Under the pieces are notes generated by a model. It worked only from the letters and a program-made list of their open reading frames with translations, ran no database searches and had not been told where the DNA came from. The position numbers and the translations under genes were made by a program. From Amphiscolops sp. MND2022 (Eukaryota), in assembly GCA_964187785.1 (NCBI GenBank), contig OZ076409.1, positions 4,962,001-5,026,000 on the forward strand: a stretch of DNA of 64,000 bases, given 5' to 3'. Each line of letters starts with the position of its first letter. Positions within the stretch are counted from its first letter, which is position 1. This document shows, piece by piece, positions 27,058-37,300 of this stretch.

Positions 27058-27343
27058 AGGAGACACTTCATTGGGTATAAATGTCTCACTTTATATACAA
27101 GACCACAAAACTTATTCAATTTTTTTAGTTATGTACTCAATGTGTTCTCGGAATGTGAGCTTATTGACAATGTAGACACCCAAATACTTGAAACAATTAG
27201 TATTGGGCAACTTTGAATTGAATATTTTAGCATCTTTTATTTTTCCTACGGCAAAATTCTTGCTCTCACATTTTGTGGTGTTTAAGGTAAGTTTGTTCTG
27301 ACAAAACCAGTGTCTGACTCTTTCGTGTTCACTATTTATATCT
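27058..27343 (-). mobile_element. Second near-identical internal fragment of the same LINE RT
   Basis: Matches about 26238-26520 almost base for base. Confidence 0.9.
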
Positions 27344-27367
27344 GAATTCACCCTGCTCACCGTTTCT

Positions 27368-27887
27368 TTAGTCGGTGCTTTTCGTAGCAAACGCAGACTA
27401 TAGCAGTGACTTTTCTTTTTTTAAGACTAACTAACTGACAGATTTTATAAGCTTTATAATAAGCTGACTTGCACTTACACTAAACTGCCACACTACTTCT
27501 ACTGGCACTTGGCATAGAGGTTAAGGTTTTTTTGAGGTCTGCCAAGCAGAAGGACGTGGGTTTGAGTTCCGCCCTTGACCAAAATTTTTTGTGCATGTTA
27601 TTTCGGCTTTGTGAGGCTCTTTTTCGCAAATTATTTTAATGTCTCCAAATGGTCCCCCCTTCAATTTTTCTATTTTGCAAAAGAATGGATGTTCAAAAAC
27701 TCCCAAAGCCCCCCTTTACATTTTTCGGCACTATGCGACTTACCGGAGGCCAAAAAAAGTTTGAAAAAAATCAATTTTTCCCTAATGCGGGTACTGTAGA
27801 AGAGAATACCTGACACTTTGAAGTCCTTTTGCTATTTTTGAGACTTAGATAAAATCTGGCGCCGACTTGGGCTGTTCCCGGCTTGTT
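27368..27887 (+). mobile_element. HINE-like element with a B-box-like segment
   Basis: Both termini present; gggtttgagttcc internally. Confidence 0.8.
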
Positions 27888-28515
27888 TTGTTTTTGCTTT
27901 TCTCCGCCATATGCGTTATTTTTGTCACCGACCATACCACTGCTAACTATACCAAGCTAGGGATGAAGAACTTGCTGAAGGCTCAAAAACGGTGAGTTGA
28001 GAGAGATCCAAACCTGATACCACCCCAGTACTGGAGAAGTTGCGTAATGAATGCTTTTAACCCATATCTAAGCAGTGATCAACTGAATAGAATGGTTATC
28101 CTAAGAACTATCAAAGTTATAGGTACAACAGATACCATGGAATCTAGCATCGAGCAATTTTTCTATTTCTGTCATTAGTAAAATAATAGAACCAATGAAC
28201 CTAGAATCTAACTGATGGAACGTGCATAAATATTGATTTGGGAGTTCCCGAGACAAAAGATTTCTTAGTCTAGCAGTTTCTCGTTTATTTTTGCGAGTAT
28301 CTTCTCCGTTTCTCGCCACCCTAGATTTTATCACACAAATATAATTCAGACAGCCTACTTCAAATTTTGTCAGCTGGATATTGTATATGCATGCGCAAAA
28401 TCAGCAAAAATATGCATAGGAAAAATATGCATGCGATAAGTGCTAAATTATCGTGTGCTAAATTCTGTCTATTGGATAATCGACACTTTCGTTGAATGTG
28501 GTTTCTCGTAGGGTA

Positions 28516-29148
28516 CAGGGACTCCGTAAAAATAATGACGTAAATCCATCAAAATTTCCCCTAATATTCGCGAAAAGTAAATCATTTCCCTTTTTTAAAC
28601 ATGCCGGGAACGGCCCAAATCGGCGCTAAATCTAAGGACCAAAAATAGCAAAAGGACTTCAAAGTGTCAAAGTATTCTCTTTACAGTACCTGAAAAACCC
28701 CAAAAGTTGGACCGAATTGGCACGCCAGGCGGGACCCTTTGAGATTTTTCATCCATTCTTCCGCAAATCATCAAACGAATGGAAGGGGGGCCCTTTGGTG
28801 AAAAAAAAACAATTTGAATAACTTTGAATAAAAATTAGATTATGCAGGAAATCAATTCGGCATCCCAGAATATTTTATTGACAAATAAGAACAATTCAGC
28901 TTCCAGATGCATTGGTGTGACGTTGTGCTTTGAGTACGTTGTGCCAATATTGAGCTTGGCGCTGCTAAATAAACGTGCACATACATTTGCTTTCCACTTG
29001 TGTTGGCGCCAAAATTATCCTAAATTTTTCTTCTAAGTATATGAAATGAATGATTTCCCCGATTTCTACCTGAGAATAAATAATTTTTACTTTCGTGATG
29101 AAAAATGAATTATAGTCTTCATTTCTATAATTTTTTTCGGAGTCCCTG
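28516..29148. mobile_element. hAT-type MITE with a nested HINE fragment (about 28598-28810)
   Basis: TIR CAGGGACTCCG / CGGAGTCCCTG; flanks GTAGGGTA / CTAGCGTA (6 of 8 match). Confidence 0.7.
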
Positions 29149-29439
29149 CTAGCGTAGCATTGAAGTTTTTGTGGATTTCACTAGGAAGCATCCTGTATTC
29201 AAGGATTTGGGATTGAAAAGTGGCATTTTATGCTCCTTGGAGTTCCATTGAATGTCCATTTTAGGATGTTATTTAAAACTGAAGTTGATTTAGTAATTTA
29301 TGAGTTATATTCTGCACTTCTGCAGGAAAAAATAGATTCGGAACTGTTTTAAAACCGAGTGTTCGTACAATTTCGCACAGTGAACGTCAAATTCGCATAA
29401 CGGCTAGTTGTTTATTCTGCATAATTGAATACAGTACAC

Positions 29440-29651
29440 GGATCTTTTCTGTTAATCCCCCCACCAATTTAATTCCCTCCCCCAGTTAAGCGGCCAAGAG
29501 AAATTATCATTGACTTAATAGTAACAACCAATCAAATTGCAGTATTTTATAACTGTAACTGCAACTGAAACCCATCGCTGATAGTGGCGGGGAATTAAAA
29601 TTTCCGCGCTTACTGTGGGGGGGGGGGGGTGGAATTTAACAGAAAAGATCC
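29440..29651. mobile_element. MITE with GG termini and 8-bp TSD (Merlin- or MULE-like)
   Basis: TIR GGATCTTTTCTGTTAA; TSD CAGTACAC. Confidence 0.88.
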
Positions 29652-29702
29652 CAGTACACAATACATTGATAAAAAGTGGTGATGATTAAAAGCTTTCAGG
29701 AC

Positions 29703-30081
29703 GGGGACTGTTCAATTCGTCGAACATTCAATTCGTCGAACACGTATTACTTTAGCGAGCAATATATGACGTAATGGAATGAATTGATTTCGGCCAATCA
29801 AATTCGAGCATTCAAAATTACGATAACGTAGTCAGATATGTTCACATACTCCTAGTGCCCTAAATGCAGGAGCGAAGCGAAGCGGAGCGACGTGCCATAT
29901 GGCCATGCCTCAATATTGCTACTTGGCGAAGGGAGCGAAGCGACCGAGCCATACAACAAATATGCTAATCGCTACAAAATATAACCAAATGAAATTAATC
30001 GCTGATATGGAATTCTTTCGACGCATTGAATAGCTTTTCATCTTTCGACGATTTGAATGTTCGACGAATTGAATAGGCACC
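29703..30081. mobile_element. MULE-like MITE with 9-bp TSD
   Basis: ~38-bp TIR built from TTCAATTCGTCGAA repeats; TSD TTTCAGGAC. Confidence 0.88.
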
Positions 30082-30777
30082 TTTCAGGACGTTTGAATGA
30101 AATTCAGTATTCGGCAATGCATCATGTTCTGCGAATCTCTTGATCGGTTTTGAACTTTCTCAGCCACCACGTGGAAAATTGACAAATTTTACGACATCAA
30201 ATGAGATTATTTATGGTATGTAAACTGGATAAATGATCTTTGGGTTAATTTACACAGTATAATGTCGCACTTTGCAATCAATACCAATGACAAAACACAG
30301 TTTAACGTGTATTTTGTAGACAATCGGTGCTTCGTTTATAATCGCTCGAATAACTCAGATCTGATCTGATTTGCTTTTGATGATTCCTGAAACAGACTGA
30401 TTCTCGACTGATTCTGCGAATTTGGTAACGTTAAAAACAGGGTTTTGACATCTCTGATCACCAAATAAGGAAAGGAAAGGAAAGGTAAACTTATATACAC
30501 TGTTTCCGCGTTAAATGAAGTCTATCAGATGTTAACTGAACAACCAACCAATAGAAATTGATTAGCTTGCTACAGCAAATCTCAACTAAAGTGAACGAAA
30601 TGGTAGCTTGAATGAACGCTTTATTTGCTGGAAACAGAATAGTGCGTGCAGTAGTTTCATTGCTCCTCGATAACTGAGCCGAATGAAGAATGAAATCTCG
30701 GCCTTTTTCAATACATGTACTTCGCTTCACTTGACAGCTGATATGGTTCATATAGCTTGTGATAGTAAAGAGCTTTC

Positions 30778-30930
30778 GGATCTTTTCTGTTAATTCCCCC
30801 TCCCAGTTAAGCGGTCAAGAGAAATTATCATTGAATTAATAGTAACAACCAATCAAATTGCAGTATTTTATAACTCTAACTGAAACTGAAACTCATCGCT
30901 GAGGGGGATGGGGGTTATTAAGAAAGATCC
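30778..30930. mobile_element. Second copy of the GGATCTTT MITE
   Basis: Same TIR and body; different 8-bp TSD GAGCTTTC. Confidence 0.88.
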
Positions 30931-32119
30931 GAGCTTTCAATTTGGAGGCTCGTGATGAACACAAATTTTAGAACGATAGCCGAGACGGTTCACTTTACAT
31001 CTGATAGGCTTCACGGAACGCGGAAACGGTGTAATTGAGTACAATATAAATACGATAACACATAGATATCTAAAAATTATAATTGATTTCTCGAAGTCAT
31101 TGAAGGAAATGTCCACCTCAAATACCACTGTCTCCACTGGTATAACTTCAAATAATACGGATATAACGTGATAAATTTGGATTTAGCGTTTTTTCCGTGT
31201 TTTTTGCGTCTTGTTAAACGAAATGTGGGGGTTCGAAATTCGCCAAAGGCGAAGTTTTCATCTTTTCAAATTGAGTAAATAAACTAATGGCAGTTGTTGA
31301 TTAAACGCATATAACCTAAAATAATTGGGTTTGCCGATATAATGTATTCGATTGTTATCGAGTTTTACCGATTACGACCCATTTTTGTGAAAATAATTAA
31401 CATGTCCTCTTATAAACTAATTGAGAATCTAGTTTTTTCGCGAGATTGGAAAAAACTAAGAGGCCCTTTTTATTTTTTTGACCTTGTGAGATCAAAAAAA
31501 AATCCTTCCACAATTCTTCTATGGTCTAAAGAAGGGGGTGACTTTGAACACTATGATATTGTGGAACCACATGGAAAAAATGCATAGTACCCCCTTGTTG
31601 ATTTTTTTCGGCGCTGTGGCACCGCTATTTTGAACTTTGCAATGACAGGCGTTTAGTGAATTTAAAAGACTTTGCGCTTTTGGAGGCTGAAACGCTTAAT
31701 AAATCTCTCAGAGAATTGATGATTTTTGAAATTAGCCGAGCAGAGATTATCAAATAATTTGAGCAATGTCAAAACCCTGGTTGGGAAATATTAGTCGCTG
31801 AAATGTTTACAATGCAGGTAAGAATCATAGCTTGGACTTCAAACACTTTTCCACCGTTTTCGTTAAAAAGAGGAAACGCCTAATTTCAACTAATTTATTT
31901 ATTTACGAGGAACTTTTGCAATTTTTTGATGATGTATCGAATTTTTCTGATCTACCCTAGGAAAATCCAACTTGGCAGTGGAGTTTCTCAAATCTCATTG
32001 GCTGATTAGGCATTGCCTTTCAAATCTCACCAAAGATTTCCAATTTTTACGGTAGTGCTGTTTTTCCTGAATGGTTCGTTTTTAGTGCAATTACTCGGCC
32101 TTGAATATAATGAGCAATT

Positions 32120-32683
32120 TTTAGTCAGCGCTTTTCTAGAGAAAAGAGCCCGACTATCACAGTGGCTAGTTTTTAGTCGGCGTTTTTCTAGAAAAGTGCC
32201 CGACACTTACAGTGGCTAGTTTTTTTTTCGTCAGACTACAATCTCACTCTGATTGGGCCACTTTTCTTACAATCGAAACTACTAAAACTACTAGCATAAG
32301 GACAAGTCCGCTCAGCGGAAATTAGTGCAAAAGGGTCCCCCCTTTCATATTTTACTATTTTAACGTAACCTACAAAACCGGACGAGACTAAAGGGTCCCC
32401 CTTTCAATTTTTTCGGCATTGTGCGACTTTTTTCGAAAATTTTTTAAGGTCTCAAAAGAGTCCCCCCTTCGAGTTTTTTGATATTTTGCAACAGAATGTA
32501 TGTTAATGAATCCCAAAGGGTCCCCCCTTTTCATTTTTTGGCACTATGCGACATATTCGAAGTTTTTTCAAAAAAAAATTTTCAAATTTTCTTTTGTTCC
32601 CAGTTGGGAAACAGTGATTTTTTCAATGATGAAAACTTTTTGAGCTTTAGATATAGTGCCGACTTAAGACGTTCCCGTCTTGT
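32120..32683 (+). mobile_element. HINE-like element with a doubled 5' end
   Basis: Two successive TTAGTC(A/G)GCG...CCCGAC heads; 3' GACGTTCCCGTCTTGTT. Confidence 0.8.
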
Positions 32684-33379
32684 TAGCTGTTAATTAACTT
32701 AAAAGATGATGTCCACACAGTTGACACGGTCTTTTTTGGGGGGAGGGGGATGTGAGGCGACTGTGTGGGCCACTCCCATTCTTTGAAAAATTTCAACTGT
32801 GTAACTTGAAAATTTAATGACATTTTTGAAAAGAAATTGAGATTTTCGTTTTTTCCCGGGAGTAATTAGTGTGATGAAAAATTCAACTGTGTAACTGTAT
32901 TTCAAAATTCAAACAGATTCAAACTTGTTCTCGTAAATATTCATTTCGCCTTAATATTTTGTAAACTTGACGAAAAATGTTAACTGTTATGTGATCAAAA
33001 GTTGGAAAAAGTGCCATTTCAGTCATTTTGGTCGTGAAATCGGGTTTTCTAATTTTTGATGTTTTCGCATAAAGTAGCAGGAATAATATAGAAACAGAAA
33101 GGGGAAGTTTTTTCAGAGTGTGTTCGCTAAACGAGTACCTGCTGAAAAAGACTCAAATATTCTATTCGGCAGTGAGTATAAGTGTGAGATATATATATTT
33201 CTCAAGCTGCCGACGACATTATCTGACATAAAGCAATCGTCCGCCACCGTATTGGAGTGCTTGTATTCAAATACGGAAGCGAAACGTCATGTACGCTTCG
33301 TAGCTGTATTGTTTTGTTCAAGTAACAAAGCTTATCGTCCGAAAAGAATCAGACGGTTTGAATTGGTACGCTGAATTGG

Positions 33380-34096
33380 TACTCAAAGTGTCCCCTCTGG
33401 TGCGCCGATTCGGTTCAACTTTTGGGTTTTTTCCGGTACCGTAGAAGAGAATACTTTGACACTTTGAAGTCCTTTTGCTGTTTTTGAGCCTTAGATATGG
33501 CGCCGACTTGGGCCGTTCCCGGCTTGTTTTTCTTCAGACTACAATCCTCACACTGATCGGTCCACTTTTTAGAAACAATCCTGAAACCACCTAAGGGCCC
33601 CAGCCCGGCAAAGGGGCCAAAGCAAACTTAGTGCAAAGGGTCCCCCCTTTCATTTTTTACTTTTTCAAGGTAACCTACAAAACCGGACGGGACTAAAGAG
33701 TCCCCCCTTTCGAATTTTTTTTCGGCACTGTGCGACTTTTTTTTCGAAAATTTTTTTGTCTCCAATGGGTCCCTCCTTTCATTTTCTTACTTTTTTAACG
33801 TAATCTACAAAACCGGCCGAGACTAAAGGGTCCCCGTCTTATGATTTTTTTCGGCAATGTGCGACTTTTTTCGAAAATTTTTTAATGTCCCAAAGGGTCC
33901 CCCTTTGAGTTTTTTGTTATTTTGCAACAGAATGCATGTTTATAAATCAAAAAGCGTCCCCCTTTTGCAGTTTTCGGCACTGTGCGCCATTTTCCGAAAG
34001 AGAAAAATTTTCGAAAATCTCAAGTTTTTTTCCAAAAATGTTTTGCGCTTTTTGAGCCTTAGATATAGCGCCGACTTTAGACGTTCTCGTCTTGTT
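33380..34096 (+). mobile_element. Two adjacent 5'-incomplete HINE-like copies
   Basis: Family 3' ends at about 33527 and 34096, with AAAGGGTCCCCC modules. Confidence 0.75.
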
Positions 34097-34207
34097 TTCT
34101 ATTAATCAAGTTACAAATGTCATAGTTAACAAAGACTGCAAAATGCTGCCTTTGGATGTTGATAGTTTTCGGCACTGTGAGACCAAGTGTGTGGACGTGT
34201 GTTTCAG

Positions 34208-34360
34208 CCTGTTGTCGTGAAGAGGGAGTGTTTGGGGTGTGCTGTACCATGGTGAAAGAGGCCATCCTCGACTGGGCCTACCGGGTGGCCCGCAGGTACC
34301 GAATGTGGCAGCGCGACTACAACATGTTGGACGCCTCTTACGACGTCGAGCTTGGACCAG
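34208..34360 (+). CDS. Flippase exon ([23 protein letters not shown]...ELGP); in-frame ATG at 34249 is an alternative start
   Basis: Acceptor tttcag, donor g|gtatgc, high GC3; its phase-1 end matches the next exon. Confidence 0.8.
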
Positions 34361-37300
34361 GTATGCACATGTATACAGCTGAATCCGCCTAATTCGTATC
34401 GTTCAGAACTGTACGATAAAACGGTACGAATAAGGAGAAATATGAATTAACCAGAGATGACCATAGCTCGAAATTCTATTATAGCAATGCTATATTAAAC
34501 GCTGTTATTAAAACGGCAGCAACTATTATAGCGGCTATAATATGAACATATATGGAATTTCTATAGTAGAATTCTATAATTGCCGGTATTATTGACCAAT
34601 CATACCTCTCGGTGAATAGAAGAATGAGAATTTTGCCTCGAAATTTGAAAACTAGACTCATCGTTGAATGTTATAATAGTTAGTTCATGGTCTTCAATGT
34701 TTCGTTATTTTTTCAAAAAAAATTTCAACTGTTTTCTCCTTAAGCTGACTACCCTAGATGGGCACAAGGATTGAAGCTATCATCATACTATTGACAAAAA
34801 TTGGATCTATAATAGAATTCTATTTATTTTTAGTCGGCGCATTTTCCTTTAAGGAAAAAAGCCCGACTATTACAGTGGCTAGTTTTTTTTTCTTTTTTTT
34901 TTTCGTCAGACCACAGAGCTCATCGCGTATGTACCACTTTTTACAGAAACTAATAAGTTCACTCAGGCCAGTTCGACCAATGCAAACTTACTGCAAAGGG
35001 TCCCCCCTTTCGTTTTTTACCTTTTTTACGTAACCTACAAAACCGGAAGACTCCAAAGGGTCCCCCCTTTCAATTTTTTTTCGGCACTGTGCGAATTTTT
35101 TTTTCGAAAATTTTTAATTTTTCAAAAGAGTCCCCCCTTCGGATTTTCTGATATTTTGCAACAAAAAGTATGTTAATGAATCCCAAAGGGTCCCCCCTTT
35201 TCATTTTTCGGCACTATGCGACGTTTTCGAAGTTTTTTCAAAAAAAAAATTTCAAAAAAAATTTCAAAAAATTTTTCAAAATTTTTTTGTTTCCAGTCGA
35301 GTCGGGAAAAGTGATTTTCCAGTCATATCGAGCATGAAAGGCACACTTTGGGTGTCTCGAAAGTGTTTTCAAAGCTTTTCATGAATACATCCTGGGCATA
35401 TTTAGAAAACTATGAGCTTTTTGAGCCTTAGATATAGCGCCGACTTTAGACGTTCCCGTCTTGTTAATTAATAGGAAAAGCTATAATAAATTCTATAATC
35501 AATGATTATAGGAATTAACCGAATGATATTACTTTGGTTGTCTTGAAATAAAGGGGAACGTTTATTTAGGCCCGAAAAACTGAGGCCTGAAAATATGTTC
35601 ATTGAAATTTTTATTATAACGTTGTCAGCTATATTCACACACCAAATATCTCGTAAACTGTCACGAATGCAAACATTTGCCAGCTAGGAAAGTTTCTTAG
35701 AATTTTATCTAGTTTACGAAAATGTTCGTTTGAAATTTCTGCAACAATAAAAGTTAGAAATGCAAATTTTGACAAAATTTCATCAAATTTGCACTTTTTC
35801 TTGATTTTCAGTTGAAAAAATATTTTTGGAAACTTTTCAGTCAATCATTTGCCCCCAAATCTCCTGAGGATGCTGATGGGATTTGATCGAGAAATTTTTT
35901 GATTTCAAATAAAAGTCATCAATTTTCTAAATGAAATTCTTATAGCCTATCTTAATACGTGTACTTCAGTGCTGATAGGCACAAAACTTAGTGTATTTTT
36001 TGTGATTCGAAAAAATGCTCGATCAAAACAATTCAGTAGGTTCGGGAGATCATAGGGATTCTTCGAATGAAAAAAATCCAAAAATTCTAATTCTAAGCTA
36101 CTCAATTTTCGAAAAAAAACTAAAATTTCAATTAAAATTTCCTAAAATTTGCATTTTCTAACTTTTTCATTAAGCGTCGTAGAAATTTCAAACAAACAGT
36201 TTCGTAAACTAGTTAAAATTCTAAGAAACTTTCCTAGCTGACAATGTTTCGTAAATTGTGACAGTTTTCAAGATATTTGGATTTAAAATTTGCAATTTTA
36301 AGCAATGGAGTTGCGATATTTTAAAACGCTACTGTATATTTGGGGGCGACTTCTATTCGAAGAAATTCGAGAGGGACCAAAATGTGATGTTACTGATGTA
36401 GATCTTTTTTGTTCAGTGCGTAAAAAGAAGAAACGGTCGTCGGCGGACAGTGGGGGGATAGAAATGCAAAAGCCGCCGACCTCTGAAGAATTGAAGAGTC
36501 GTGAGTTTTACGTGGGCGAACGCAACAACCTCATGCTGTCGAACCAAAGCAGGAAGTTCTGCAGCAACAGGATCCGAACTACCAAGTACTCGCCGCTCTC
36601 GTTCGTGCCCAAATTCCTCTTCGAGCAGTTCCGAAAAGCCGCCAACTGCTTTTTCCTGCTCGTCTCTTTCCTCCAACTCATTCCAGGGGTGTCGCCTACC
36701 GGGAGATTCACTACTTTGGGTCCTCTTACCGTCATTTTGTTCCTCACCGGTAATTATGTAATTATCTCTGTTCATGCCGTTTAGGCAGAAAACTCTGACC
36801 TTTCGAACTTCCAGTAACTTTTAGATTTTGTTCACTCTTGATTGTTCTACGTTGCTGCAGTCAAGTCACGTTTTACCATACCAATCACCTGTTGTTCCTG
36901 GCTGAGAAAAATGGATTGGCTTTGAGCTAAGAGCAGGCTTTTGTTGAATGTTGCTACCAGAGTTTTGACATCGCTAATTTTTCCGCTAATCGCTAAACTA
37001 ATTCCAAAATCGCTATTTCGCTGAAAAACTTTCTGAAAACTATTAAATTCTTGACTTCAAGTTTGTTGTGAATTTAAATGATAATTTTTCATACTGTGTG
37101 GGTTTTACGAGGATAAGAGTTGGATTTTTTCGAAATTCGTTTTGAAACTCCGTGTATATTCAAAAGAAATGTCGAATTTGGACAATCTAATAGTTGTTGC
37201 TAACTTGAATCGCTGATCAAATCGCTTTTAAAAAATTTCGCGCGGCCGCTAAATCGCTAATTAGCAGTGTCAAAACTTTGGCTAAGAGGATACGTTTATT

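Noticed and set aside
28080..28335. LTR-like segment resembling 13904-14136
   Set aside because: Only loose similarity; no second terminus or TSD found.
32300..35300. Recurring AAAGGGTCCCCC motifs as a CRISPR array
   Set aside because: Spacing is irregular, the intervening sequences are themselves repeated, there are no cas genes, and the motifs lie inside a dispersed eukaryotic element.
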